Part shown: positions 21,128 through 30,728 of the stretch, in pieces
How the letters are laid out: each line of letters opens with the position of its first letter
Numbering within the stretch: the stretch's first letter is position 1
Virus record (IMG/VR): IMGVR_UViG_3300009370_000009
Coordinates: 26,383 to 90,382 of that record
Reading direction: 5' to 3' (one strand)
Length of the DNA stretch: 64,000 bases
Source: a virus
The notes under the pieces: model-generated
The model's input: only the letters and a program-made list of their open reading frames with translations
What the model was told of the DNA's origin: nothing
Databases searched by the model: none
Translations under genes and position numbers: made by a program

Positions 21128-22028
21128 TAAAAGACGGGGCGATGAGATCCCGAAAAGAGAAATCATACCTACTCCAAGCATGGGGCTTAATCGTGCTTTG
21201 GGCGGTGGGTTCTATACTGGGGCCACGCACCTGTTATGGGGAACCCCGTCAGCGGGTAAGACGACTATGGCGTATCACGTTATGGCGAACGCTCAGGAGA
21301 TGGGGTATAGGCCCGTTGTTGTTGACTCTGAGTATTCTTATAATGACGAGTACGCTGCAAAATGCGGTATCAATACAGATGACATTGTTTTGATGCAGGG
21401 AACTGTTGTTGAGGATCTGATTAAGAATCTGATCGGATACCTAGAACATCCTGTTGAGAAGCATATTTTCTTATTTGATTCTTTAAGCAATATTATCAAG
21501 GAAGAGTTCTACGACAAGCCAGAAGGGGGAAAGGCATTGGGTCTACAGGCGAGATCCCAAGGGTACTTCCTACAGAAACTGGTGCATCATTTGCATAAAG
21601 AGAGAAACATAATGCTGTTCATAGCCCATCAGACTGTTGATCTAAGCGGGCTGTATGCACAGCTGAAGGCGAAGATGGGCAATTCGGTCCACCACAATAT
21701 GCACAATATCGTCAGGTTGTTCCTGTCATATTCAGCAAAAGAGATGGAGAGGGACGATTCAAAGATGATTACTAGTCAGAAGGTTGTGTGGACGATTGAC
21801 AAGACCAAACAGATTCCATCCATCGGCTCGTCGGGGCACTACTACATTCTGCCACAGGAGGGTACGATAGACTATGATCGGGAACTGATTGATACTGCTA
21901 TTGAAGGCGGGTTTATTGAGAGAAGGGGTGCATGGTTCAATTTTGATGACAAGAAGTGGAATGGGCTAAACGCCATAGACCTGTCCGCAGAGGACAAGGA
22001 CAAACTTAAGGAGTTGATGAATGCCTAA
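21114..22028 (+). CDS. recA: RecA/UvsX-like recombinase
   Basis: LNRALGGG, GTPSAGKTT, VDSE, FDSL, GAWF. Confidence 0.9.
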   Translation: MLVIDKRRGDEIPKREIIPTPSMGLNRALGGGFYTGATHLLWGTPSAGKTTMAYHVMANAQEMGYRPVVVDSEYSYNDEYAAKCGINTDDIVLMQGTVVEDLIKNLIGYLEHPVEKHIFLFDSLSNIIKEEFYDKPEGGKALGLQARSQGYFLQKLVHHLHKERNIMLFIAHQTVDLSGLYAQLKAKMGNSVHHNMHNIVRLFLSYSAKEMERDDSKMITSQKVVWTIDKTKQIPSIGSSGHYYILPQEGTIDYDRELIDTAIEGGFIERRGAWFNFDDKKWNGLNAIDLSAEDKDKLKELMNA

Positions 22029-22329
22029 GCGCACTGAGAAGGAAGAGATTAAGAAAGATGGCGCTCAGGGAGTCAAAAACTCTGGGCGTGGAATGATGAA
22101 GGGTGATGCCAAGTTGGGGAAGTTTCTCATTGATTACAAACATAATGGGAAAACGTTCACTCTTACAAGAGAGGCTTGGAGGAAGATGCGCAAGGATGCC
22201 TGGAATTCGCAATACAGGCATCCTTGTATTTCTGTTGTCATGGGTGAAGATAGCGATGTTAAGGTTGCTATAATTGAATGGTCGTTATTTAGACAGTTGA
22301 TAGAGGATACCGGGTATGATTTACAGTGA
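22021..22329 (+). CDS. PD-(D/E)XK nuclease, Holliday junction resolvase-like
   Basis: NSGRG..KGD...FLIDYK. Confidence 0.7.
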   Translation: MPKRTEKEEIKKDGAQGVKNSGRGMMKGDAKLGKFLIDYKHNGKTFTLTREAWRKMRKDAWNSQYRHPCISVVMGEDSDVKVAIIEWSLFRQLIEDTGYDLQ

Positions 22330-22849
22330 GGATTTGCCTGACAAGAAGTATAACACTCTTACAATAGATCCTCCTTGGCCAATTTCGTTATCGTCAAGGA
22401 GCTTTAGAGGGGCAACTAGGCATGAAATGACGTATAAAACGATGTCTCTTGACGAGATAAGGGGGCTGCCAATTGAAAGCTTAACTAATGATGGAGCTCA
22501 TGTTTATACTTGGACAACTAATAAGTTTCTAGAAGAAACATTTGATATAATTAGGGGATGGGGTGTGAGGTATCATTTAACTATGGTTTGGACTAAACCA
22601 AGAGCATTGGCGCCGTCAATGGGATACCAGTTCGCAACAGAGTTCTGTCTGTTAGGATTCAGAGGCCAACCGATGAAAAAATTTGAAAAAATGGGGCAGT
22701 CGAATTGGATCCACGAAGTAAGTGCAAAGCACAGTACAAAACCTGAGCTTTTTAAAGAGAGGGTTGAAGTTGTCAGCCCTGGTCCTAGATTAGAGATGTT
22801 TGCAAGAGCCAGCCGTGAAGGTTGGGACTCTTGGGGCGACGAGTTGTAG
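22316..22849 (+). CDS. MT-A70 family adenine methyltransferase
   Basis: IDPPW, YKTMS, VWTK, TEFCLLG, HSTKP, LEMFAR, WGDE. Confidence 0.9.
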   Translation: MIYSEDLPDKKYNTLTIDPPWPISLSSRSFRGATRHEMTYKTMSLDEIRGLPIESLTNDGAHVYTWTTNKFLEETFDIIRGWGVRYHLTMVWTKPRALAPSMGYQFATEFCLLGFRGQPMKKFEKMGQSNWIHEVSAKHSTKPELFKERVEVVSPGPRLEMFARASREGWDSWGDEL

Positions 22850-22861
22850 AAAGGGAGTATA

Positions 22862-23179
22862 ATGGATATAGTAGTTGATACAAATTATATTAGAGAGGCA
22901 ATGGGGAGTGAGGCTGAGGAATTCATAGAGGTCATGCGGATTGTTGGTGACATTATTGAGAATCCTAATGATTATCTAGGAATTCAGGCGTCTAAATGTG
23001 CTACAATATTAGCAGCGTATAGGACGCAAATGATTGTTAAGTCACAGGCTTACAAGAGAAGATCTTCTCGCATGACTGAGACAGACAAACTGAGAAATGA
23101 TATTTGGAAAACGCTGTATCAAGCGTTGGAAGAGAATATCAACACGTTGAAGTTGAGTGCCAAGGGAGGCATTAATTAA
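22862..23179 (+). CDS. Hypothetical helical protein (possible recombination mediator)
   Basis: 105 aa ORF between the MTase and the Cas4-like gene. Confidence 0.55.
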   Translation: MDIVVDTNYIREAMGSEAEEFIEVMRIVGDIIENPNDYLGIQASKCATILAAYRTQMIVKSQAYKRRSSRMTETDKLRNDIWKTLYQALEENINTLKLSAKGGIN

Positions 23180-23934
23180 TGAAAAGTCTTGAGAGGTTAC
23201 GAGTCAAACCTGTGTCTGAGCCTAAGAAGGAGGCGGTCGTTGAGGTTAATGCCGACGATATTTCTGATAGGCTGCTGAAGTCGATAGACGATCATCTTGC
23301 TAAAAGAAATAAAACAGAGTTGAAGCGCGTTGATGGATTTCATCCGAGTTACACTAACCAGTGTGCTAGATACTGGGTGTATCTGTTCAGGGGGGTTGAA
23401 GTTGAAAATACTTTTGAACCACAGACACATAGAATATTTGACAATGGGCATGCTGTACATGACAGGATCTACTCCTATCTCAGAGAAATGGGCATCCTAG
23501 AGTCTGAAGAAATTCCGGTGAATCTAGATGATCCTCCTGTTAGTGGAACTGCTGATGGGATTATCAATTTCGACGGTAGACAGTTGATCGAATTGAAGTC
23601 TATATCTGATGCCGGCTTTGCTTATAGAAGAACATATAACAGGCCAAAAGATGACCATGTTAGGCAGGCGCAGATATACATGCATTGTCTAGATTTGTCA
23701 AGTGGTTTTGTAATTTATGAAAATAAGAATAATCAAGAAATTTTACCTATTTATATTAAACGTGATGATGATTTTATAGAGAAATTATTTAAGAAGTACA
23801 GGAAAATATATGGGGCATTTCTTGAAGACAAGCTACCGGTTCGTCCGTATAAAAGCGCAAGTTCTCAGCAATGCCTCTATTGCAATGCTAGAGATTTTTG
23901 TTGGGCGGATAAGGATGTCGGACAGAAAATCTAA
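23179..23934 (+). CDS. Cas4-like PD-(D/E)XK exonuclease
   Basis: FHPS...CAR; GHAVH; GTADG...IELKS; QAQIY; C-terminal CLYC...C. Confidence 0.85.
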   Translation: MKSLERLRVKPVSEPKKEAVVEVNADDISDRLLKSIDDHLAKRNKTELKRVDGFHPSYTNQCARYWVYLFRGVEVENTFEPQTHRIFDNGHAVHDRIYSYLREMGILESEEIPVNLDDPPVSGTADGIINFDGRQLIELKSISDAGFAYRRTYNRPKDDHVRQAQIYMHCLDLSSGFVIYENKNNQEILPIYIKRDDDFIEKLFKKYRKIYGAFLEDKLPVRPYKSASSQQCLYCNARDFCWADKDVGQKI

Positions 23935-24232
23935 AGTTTGCGCCAATGACGGGTGTGAAGTTGAATTCGTTCCAAAAGTATATAATGCTATATATTGCTC
24001 TACCGCCTGTAGGCGGATTGTCACTAATGCTAAGATTCTTAAACGTTATCATGATAATAAAGAAGCCTTTTCTAAGAAGCGAATATGCTCTGGTTTCAAC
24101 AGAGAGTGCAGCACAATCTTATCTAGGTATAATAAAGAGGATATTTGTGAAAGGTGTAAAACAGAGAGATATGTAATGCGGCTCGTCAATTGGGGTTGGG
24201 ACGAAAAAAAATTAAGAGAGGAAATGCAATGA
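23915..24232 (+). CDS. Cys-rich zinc-finger protein
   Basis: CANDGC...YCSTAC...CSGFNRECSTILSRYNKEDICERC. Confidence 0.7.
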   Translation: MSDRKSKVCANDGCEVEFVPKVYNAIYCSTACRRIVTNAKILKRYHDNKEAFSKKRICSGFNRECSTILSRYNKEDICERCKTERYVMRLVNWGWDEKKLREEMQ

Positions 24233-24810
24233 TCATGAAAACGCTAGGTTCACTTAAAAAGCAGAAAATAATAGCAATAGATCCATCTACTAGGTCGTTA
24301 GCTTATGCCATTATGGATTCTGATGACGAGATAATTGAGATAGGGAATATTGATTTATCTGGTGTATCCGATTTTAAAGAAAAACTACGTATAATTAGTT
24401 GCTCATTGCCTGGGATTATGGAATTGCATAAGCCAAACGTAGCGGTTATTGAGGAAGCTGTGTATATCCAGAATTTCAAGACTAGTAAATTGATATCCTA
24501 TATTATAGGACATACAATGGGTATACTTGCCGCTACTTGTCCGTTTGTTTTTGAGGCGAATCCTATTGTGTGGAAAAATAAGATTGGATATAAGAAAGTT
24601 ACTAAGGCCGAAAAGGAACAATATGAGGCAAAATGGGGGGCTACTGAAGCGAAAAAGTGGGCTGCTAAAGAGAGGAAGTCCAGGGTAAGGGAGTTGATGA
24701 AAGATAAGTATGGAAATGCATTGGAAGATTCATCGTACAATTCCGACGAAATCGACGCTCTCGCCATCGGGGTGTGGTACAATTTGTGTGGAGGAAAGCC
24801 ATGCCAATAG
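24229..24810 (+). CDS. ruvC: RuvC-like Holliday junction resolvase
   Basis: IAIDPS, VIEE, WK, DEIDALAIG. Confidence 0.85.
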   Translation: MIMKTLGSLKKQKIIAIDPSTRSLAYAIMDSDDEIIEIGNIDLSGVSDFKEKLRIISCSLPGIMELHKPNVAVIEEAVYIQNFKTSKLISYIIGHTMGILAATCPFVFEANPIVWKNKIGYKKVTKAEKEQYEAKWGATEAKKWAAKERKSRVRELMKDKYGNALEDSSYNSDEIDALAIGVWYNLCGGKPCQ

Positions 24811-25109
24811 AACCGTATAAAGATAAGGGATGGCTTTACGAGCATTATGTTAAGAAACGAATGAATCTATCCGATATAGCAAAAAGGTTAGATCAGAGTC
24901 ACAATATTTCCATATCACCGCAAGCCTTGTACAACTGGGTTAAGAAATTTGATTTATTGAAATTTAGAGGGAAAGGCAGAAATTTGGCTAGCACTTCTAT
25001 GAAGCGTCCAAAATCTAAAATGCAAGAGCAGGTTGAAAAACAAAAACGTAAACAGCGTGCCGAAATGATGAATAGACGTAAAGCGATGCAGAAAGGGCGT
25101 AAAAGATGA
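24801..25109 (+). CDS. Helix-turn-helix DNA-binding protein with basic tail
   Basis: YKDKGWLYEHYV...LSDIAK...ISPQALYNWVKKF. Confidence 0.7.
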   Translation: MPIEPYKDKGWLYEHYVKKRMNLSDIAKRLDQSHNISISPQALYNWVKKFDLLKFRGKGRNLASTSMKRPKSKMQEQVEKQKRKQRAEMMNRRKAMQKGRKR

Positions 25110-25909
25110 CTACCTCAAAAATGCGACACACTGTTGACTCTGCAGATGTGGCCCTGTTCGGACAGTTGGATATGGTTTACAACCAATTGAGATTTGTTGA
25201 AGCAGAGCAGAATGAAACGAAGTATGCCTGTAAGGGTTCCGGTAAGTGTTGTAGAATAGGTTTGCGTGTTCACATGTTTGAGTGTGCGAACATAGCCTAC
25301 AATATTAGGCAGCAGTATTACCTTGTCATGGAAGATAACGGTAAGCAGGCTGCTGATGACTTTATGAATGCCACCATTGATAGACTGGTGGATGCCATGC
25401 ATGATGAAGATTGGGCAGAGGATGGCAGCACAAAGAGGTTCTGTGCCTTCTATGATAATGGGTGTACGATCTACGGATATCGCCCGATGGTGTGTCGGGC
25501 GTTTGGCACGATCACACACGTTGACGACTACTGTCCTAGAGAACGCAATGAGCATGGGCATATAGACTATTTTTCTGGCGGTCCAATTGAAGATGCCGTC
25601 AAGTCGTTTCAAGGCATGATGCAAAGATACGCTAACAGCAAGGAGTCTGGAGGGAACTATGACTTGGTTATATATATGCCTCTAGGCGTCCTGTCGTTTC
25701 TGTTACCGGATGAGCAACTGAAAGAGTTGTATCAACAGACTGATCCGAAGTTTTGGATGACCGCTGAAGGGTGGTTTAACTATCGAGTTCACTTTACGAA
25801 GTTATACGGTTATGACAAAGATACACTTACGAAGGCGGCTAATGATGCTGGACATGATATAGTGTTTGACGATGTTGAAGATGGAACTCTAGTAGAGATA
25901 GAGAGATGA
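25106..25909 (+). CDS. YkgJ/CxxCxxCC-like Cys-cluster (Fe-S or Zn) protein
   Basis: CKGSGKCCR...CAFYDNGCTIYGYRPMVCRAFG. Confidence 0.75.
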   Translation: MTTSKMRHTVDSADVALFGQLDMVYNQLRFVEAEQNETKYACKGSGKCCRIGLRVHMFECANIAYNIRQQYYLVMEDNGKQAADDFMNATIDRLVDAMHDEDWAEDGSTKRFCAFYDNGCTIYGYRPMVCRAFGTITHVDDYCPRERNEHGHIDYFSGGPIEDAVKSFQGMMQRYANSKESGGNYDLVIYMPLGVLSFLLPDEQLKELYQQTDPKFWMTAEGWFNYRVHFTKLYGYDKDTLTKAANDAGHDIVFDDVEDGTLVEIER

Positions 25910-25910
25910 G

Positions 25911-27353
25911 ATGGATAGACTTAAAGTTGGTGCTATGTGTGCTGGCTATGGAGGGCTGGAACTTGGCTTATCATATGCCGGTTTTAACGTACAACTTGAA
26001 TGGGTTGCGGAAAGTGATAAATGGGCATCGGTAGTTCTTGAAGAACGATTCGGTGTTGAAAATCTAGGAGACATAACCAAAATAGAAGATCCCCCTGTTG
26101 TCGATATCTGTGTGGCTGGGTTTCCATGCCAGCCAGTATCGCAGGCAGGCAGTCAGAGGGGAATAAACGATGAAAGATGGTTGATTGATGATGTTGTCAG
26201 AGTCGCAAACGCAGCAGGAGCCAGATGGCTCTTCTTGGAGAATGTTCTTGGAATATACACCGCCAACGAAGGTGACGCCTTCGGGCAAGTCCTCGCTAGT
26301 TTGGCCAAGGGTGGGTACGATGCAAGATGGACAAATATGCGAGCAGATCACGCATGTGGGGCACCCCATAGAAGAAACAGATGGTTCTGCATCGCCTACA
26401 GGGGAAACGGATGGCTCAAGAATGGGTCAGATGAGTCTGAATCTTTCTTCTTCAAGTCAAGAGAGCTTATCGACAACATCCTCTCCAGTGAGTCCGAAAA
26501 ATGTAGTAAGGGATTTGTTTCCGACTCCGACGGTGGTTCATTTGATTCGGAACGACGAGGACAGTGTGGAGGATTATTTGGAGCGGAGGCGTTTGGCGAA
26601 GTTGAAGGCGAAGAACGGGAATGGGTTCGGTCTGTCTTTGCCGATGGCGGTGAAGATGTTGCCGACTCCGACTGCTCAGGCAGCGAAGCATGGGGGGACG
26701 CCGGATGTGACGGCGGATGGTCACGGGTTCAATCTGTGGGATCTGCCTCATCTGTTGCCGACTCCGCGAACGTCGGATACGAATGGTCCGGGGAAGCGGG
26801 GAGAGGGAGGGAAGGATTTGAGGACGGCGGTGTCTCTTCTTCCAACCCCTCAGGCGGGGGAGGCGTTTTTGCCGAATCATCCTCTGCACATTTCGTGGAG
26901 GATTCGTGCGGAGCAGGCGAGGTTGGCGGGGGAGCCAATGCCGAAGCCGGTGGGTGGTCCGAAGGGGAAGTTTACGGAGGACAAGTTGTTGCCGACTCCG
27001 ACGAGCAGGGATCACAAGGGCAGGAATCAGAGGGACGACGACAGTTGTCTGCATGGGGCGATAGAGCAGCATGTGACTGGGGACAGTACGGAGACGCTGT
27101 AAGGCGTTGGGAGTGTATGTTAGGTAGGTTTGCTCCTGAGCCGTCTGAGCCGTCTTTGACGAAGACTGGGGAGCCTAGTTCTCGTTTGGCTGTTCCGTTT
27201 GTTGAGTGGATGATGGGTTTGCCTTCTGGTTGGGTTACTGATGTTGAGATGGCTCGAACTCACCAATTAAAGTTGTTGGGTAATGGTGTTGTGCCTCAGC
27301 AGGCTGCTGTGGCTTATTTGTCGTTGTTGGGTTTGATTGATGTTGAGGTTTGA
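25911..27353 (+). CDS. dcm: DNA (cytosine-5) methyltransferase
   Basis: Motif I CAGYGG, IV GFPCQ, VI ENV, VIII RNRWF, IX EWMMG, X LGNGVVP. Confidence 0.9.
   Translation: MDRLKVGAMCAGYGGLELGLSYAGFNVQLEWVAESDKWASVVLEERFGVENLGDITKIEDPPVVDICVAGFPCQPVSQAGSQRGINDERWLIDDVVRVANAAGARWLFLENVLGIYTANEGDAFGQVLASLAKGGYDARWTNMRADHACGAPHRRNRWFCIAYRGNGWLKNGSDESESFFFKSRELIDNILSSESEKCSKGFVSDSDGGSFDSERRGQCGGLFGAEAFGEVEGEEREWVRSVFADGGEDVADSDCSGSEAWGDAGCDGGWSRVQSVGSASSVADSANVGYEWSGEAGRGREGFEDGGVSSSNPSGGGGVFAESSSAHFVEDSCGAGEVGGGANAEAGGWSEGEVYGGQVVADSDEQGSQGQESEGRRQLSAWGDRAACDWGQYGDAVRRWECMLGRFAPEPSEPSLTKTGEPSSRLAVPFVEWMMGLPSGWVTDVEMARTHQLKLLGNGVVPQQAAVAYLSLLGLIDVEV
26185..27102 (+). CDS. Nested alternative-frame ORF carrying PTP repeats (probable MTase partner or target-recognition polypeptide)
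   Basis: 305 aa open frame inside dcm with five LPTP/FPTP repeats and WPRVGTMQDG; start uncertain. Confidence 0.6.
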   Translation: MMMLSESQTQQEPDGSSWRMFLEYTPPTKVTPSGKSSLVWPRVGTMQDGQICEQITHVGHPIEETDGSASPTGETDGSRMGQMSLNLSSSSQESLSTTSSPVSPKNVVRDLFPTPTVVHLIRNDEDSVEDYLERRRLAKLKAKNGNGFGLSLPMAVKMLPTPTAQAAKHGGTPDVTADGHGFNLWDLPHLLPTPRTSDTNGPGKRGEGGKDLRTAVSLLPTPQAGEAFLPNHPLHISWRIRAEQARLAGEPMPKPVGGPKGKFTEDKLLPTPTSRDHKGRNQRDDDSCLHGAIEQHVTGDSTETL

Positions 27354-27589
27354 TTGTTGTGGTTTATGATGTTGATGGTTCGTTTGATGGCGAGACGCGT
27401 TTTTGCGTTAAGGTTGATGAGGGTAGGGAGTTGGTTGTTGTTGTGACTTCTGAGGGTATTATTATGGATGTGTATGATAATGTGGAGTTGGATGAGGATG
27501 AGGGGGTTGTTTTGGATGATTCTCACTCTGGGTCTGTTGGGATGTTGTTTGGTGAGTGGGCTGAGTGGGTTTGTGATGAAAGATCCTGA
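27350..27589 (+). CDS. Hypothetical acidic protein
   Basis: Overlaps the dcm stop. Confidence 0.5.
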   Translation: MIVVVYDVDGSFDGETRFCVKVDEGRELVVVVTSEGIIMDVYDNVELDEDEGVVLDDSHSGSVGMLFGEWAEWVCDERS

Positions 27590-27806
27590 GGTTGTTTTTG
27601 TTGAGAGTATGATTGCTAGGTTTAGGGATAGGGCTGAGGCTGTTAGGAAGCGTACTTTGCCTCCTGTTGCTGGGGCTGAGCGTCGTTTGTTTGTGAAGCA
27701 GGCTGAGTTGGATTTTCAGGATTTTGCTATTTTGGCTGATGCTGAGGGTTGTATTGATGATGGTGTTTTGTGTTTGAGGGTTGATTTGAGTGGACGAGAA
27801 GCCTGA
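27576..27806 (+). CDS. Hypothetical protein
   Basis: MIARFRDRAEAVRKRTLPPVAGAERR...LRVDL; ATG 27576. Confidence 0.6.
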   Translation: MKDPEVVFVESMIARFRDRAEAVRKRTLPPVAGAERRLFVKQAELDFQDFAILADAEGCIDDGVLCLRVDLSGREA

Positions 27807-27946
27807 TAGGTGTTTTGTGTATGGGAAGGATGGTTATAGGTTTGTTGACCATAAGTGGAAGTCTTTGGAGGTTCCTGAGGATCAACCTCACCATCATGGG
27901 TGGTTGTGGATTCGTTGTTCTGGTTGTGGCCTGATTAGGAGGGCAG

Positions 27947-28123
27947 ATGACTCATAAGTGTTATGTTGAACGTATTTATCATTTGACTTGTTCTTCTTGC
28001 GAGAATTGGTGGTCGTATGCTCATGAGGATCGGTTGTATGATTTGAAGTTGCCGTCTGTTTTGAGTGTTATGTGTTGTCCTCATTGTGGGGAGAAGAATT
28101 CTGTTGAGAGGTCTGATATGTGA
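27947..28123 (+). CDS. Small zinc-ribbon protein (not in the ORF track)
   Basis: 58 aa MTHKC...CSSCENWW...CCPHCG; GGAGG RBS. Confidence 0.5.
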   Translation: MTHKCYVERIYHLTCSSCENWWSYAHEDRLYDLKLPSVLSVMCCPHCGEKNSVERSDM

Positions 28124-28237
28124 TGAAGTTGTTTTTGCATGCTGTTTGGTTGACTGTTTTTGGTGTTGGTTGTGTTGTGATTGCTTTGTTTGTAGCGTTG
28201 TTTGTGGATCGTTTGGTTTACAGGAAAGGGTTTAGGA

Positions 28238-29251
28238 ATGTCAGATAGTAATTTTTTGTGTTATGATGATGTGTTGATTGTGCCGGGGTATTCTGAGGTC
28301 GAGTCTCGTAAGGGTTGTGATACTTCTGTTGCGTTTTCTGGGCTGGGTGGTGTTCATTTGGGTTTGCCTGTGATTGCTGCTAATATGGATACTGTTTGTG
28401 AAGCGGAGATGTGTAGGGCTATTTCTAAGCATGGTGGTATCGGTGTTTTGCACCGCAATTTGTCTGTTAAGCAACGTAGGGATCAGTTTCTTAGTGTTGT
28501 TAATGGCGGGTATCAGTGTGGTATTGCTTTGGGGGTTAATGAGGTTCCTTTGATGTCTGCTCGTTCGTTTCTGTTTCATGGGGCGAATATGATTGTGTTG
28601 GATGTTGCTCACGGCCATTCTAAGCGTGTTGGGGACGTTGTGACGGCTTTGAGGGGGCTTATTGATAAGAATGGGTATAAGTGTACGTTGGTGGCTGGTA
28701 ATGTGGCTACTCCTGCTGGTGCGGAGTTTTTGGCTGATGCTGGTGCTGATATGGTTAAGGTTGGTATTGGCCCGGGGGCTGCTTGTACGACTAGGTTGCA
28801 GACTGGTGTTGGTGTGCCGCAGTTTTCTGCGGTGATGGAGTGTTCTGAGGCTTTGTCTGGTTATTCGGATGTGCAGATTATTGCTGATGGGGGGATTAAG
28901 AATCCTTGTGATGTGGCTAAGGCGTTGGGTGCTGGGGCTGATGTTGTAATGTTGGGCGGTATGTTGGCTCGTTGTGTTGAGGCTCCAGGTAGGGTTAAGA
29001 AGGTTGATGGTGTTAGGTTGAAGCAGTATCGTGGTATGGCTTCTGCTGGTGCCGGCTCGAGCTATGTTGAGGGTGCGGAAGGTTGGGTTGTCTGTGATAC
29101 TGATGTTGGTTCTGTGATGACTTCTATTTCTAATGGTTTGCAGAGTTCTATGTCTTATGTTGGGGCTAGGACTTTGAGGGAGTTTGGGGAGAATGTTGCG
29201 TTTGTTACTGTGTCTCCTATGTGTGTGAATGAAAACGGAACAAACTTTTAA
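28238..29251 (+). CDS. IMPDH/GMP reductase family enzyme without CBS domains
   Basis: [49 protein letters not shown]. Confidence 0.9.
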   Translation: MSDSNFLCYDDVLIVPGYSEVESRKGCDTSVAFSGLGGVHLGLPVIAANMDTVCEAEMCRAISKHGGIGVLHRNLSVKQRRDQFLSVVNGGYQCGIALGVNEVPLMSARSFLFHGANMIVLDVAHGHSKRVGDVVTALRGLIDKNGYKCTLVAGNVATPAGAEFLADAGADMVKVGIGPGAACTTRLQTGVGVPQFSAVMECSEALSGYSDVQIIADGGIKNPCDVAKALGAGADVVMLGGMLARCVEAPGRVKKVDGVRLKQYRGMASAGAGSSYVEGAEGWVVCDTDVGSVMTSISNGLQSSMSYVGARTLREFGENVAFVTVSPMCVNENGTNF

Positions 29252-29338
29252 AAAAATGGTTTGTTCCCTGCGGTGGCGTTTCGTGTGTGGTAAAATGTGT
29301 ATGGAAACAAGTTGCCGAAGGCAACGGAATGGAGAAAA

Positions 29339-30346
29339 ATGAGTAGTTTATTAACTTTAGATGAAGCAAAGAATACTATTAATGAGAAGATGGAAGATAC
29401 TGAGATTGTACCTTTTTCTTTTAACGATTTGAGCGTTGAAAGTAAGAGTGTTTTCAGTATTAATGGCGACAGGGTTAAACTTTCGGAGGAGGCTTCTAAG
29501 CAGTTTTCCGAATTGATTAGTGTGCCTTTCCCGTATGTGAAGCGTAGCCCAAATGAGTTGGTTGCTATGAATTACAATTATCATATTGATGAGACACCGG
29601 GTCGTTCTTTGAACGCTGTGTTTAGGGGCGATACTGTGTCGTCGTTTTCGGAGATGGATTTGCCGAATGTTGGGCATGGTGATGTTTTGGACGCTGCGGC
29701 TTTGGCTGTAGGGGATGATGCCATGATTAAGCATTTCCGTATCAGCGATGCAGGCCAGTTAGGGGCGGTTATCACTACGGATGAGTTTAACTTTTTGAGC
29801 GAAGACACTCCGTATTATGGCGGTGTTAAAATCAAGTTTTCCGATACTTGGGCTATTAGTCCAGTCGTTGAGGCTTATTTGGAGAGGGAGTGGTGCAGTA
29901 ATGGTTCCACTACTCAGGTTGATAACCGTAAGTTCCGTGTGCGTGGTTATAGTCGTGATGCTATAGTCGAACAGTTTGCGGAGTTTGCGGGTATTGCTAA
30001 ACGACAGATCAAGCCGATGTTTGAGGGTTTCCTACATCTTCGTGATGAAAGGGTTAACGATGTCAGGGGCGTCGTCCTGCGTATCTGTCAGGAGAATGGC
30101 GTTCCGACTAAGGTGTTTAATCGTATCATGGAGTATTGGGGCGGGGAGGGGTTTAGGTCTACGTTCCCCAGCCCAGAGAGCATAGTGAACAATCCGACGA
30201 TGTACCATGTTGTCAATCTGTTTACTTATGTTGGTTCTCATTGCCCGGACTTATCTCCAGAGCATAAGGAGTTGTTGATTGCTATTGGTGGTAATAATGC
30301 TTTAACGCATCATGACCGTTGCAATTCTTGTGGGACGCGTGTCTGA
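29339..30346 (+). CDS. Conserved hypothetical protein (DUF932-like)
   Basis: ...AYLEREWCSNG... and T.YHVVN.FTY motifs. Confidence 0.55.
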   Translation: MSSLLTLDEAKNTINEKMEDTEIVPFSFNDLSVESKSVFSINGDRVKLSEEASKQFSELISVPFPYVKRSPNELVAMNYNYHIDETPGRSLNAVFRGDTVSSFSEMDLPNVGHGDVLDAAALAVGDDAMIKHFRISDAGQLGAVITTDEFNFLSEDTPYYGGVKIKFSDTWAISPVVEAYLEREWCSNGSTTQVDNRKFRVRGYSRDAIVEQFAEFAGIAKRQIKPMFEGFLHLRDERVNDVRGVVLRICQENGVPTKVFNRIMEYWGGEGFRSTFPSPESIVNNPTMYHVVNLFTYVGSHCPDLSPEHKELLIAIGGNNALTHHDRCNSCGTRV

Positions 30347-30728
30347 GTTGGATTCCCATGCTATGGGTGCGCAGCCTGACAGATTAGTTGAGCGGGCTAC
30401 TGAGTCGTCCTCTGATGAGAGGCACGAGCGTTTAATGTGGATGCATAGCGTTATAGAGTATATTGGTACTAGGGGTACCGATGCTGATGTTGAAGAGGCT
30501 ATAAAGAAGTTTTCTATGGCTCATTGGGACAGTAACCCTAGTAAGCATGACTTTGCTAAGATGTTCGCTATTGCATCGTCGTCTATGCGTAAGGCTATTG
30601 AGGCTAAACTCGTTAAGCCTTTAGAGAAGACTTTAGACAAGGAAGAGGAAGAGAAGCTTAGATTGAAGAAAGAGGCAGCCTACGTTAAGCGAAAGACTGC
30701 TAAGAAGCGTGCTTCAAAGAAAGTATAG
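30339..30728 (+). CDS. Hypothetical protein with basic C-terminus
   Basis: Continuous + strand ORF. Confidence 0.55.
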   Translation: MSELDSHAMGAQPDRLVERATESSSDERHERLMWMHSVIEYIGTRGTDADVEEAIKKFSMAHWDSNPSKHDFAKMFAIASSSMRKAIEAKLVKPLEKTLDKEEEEKLRLKKEAAYVKRKTAKKRASKKV

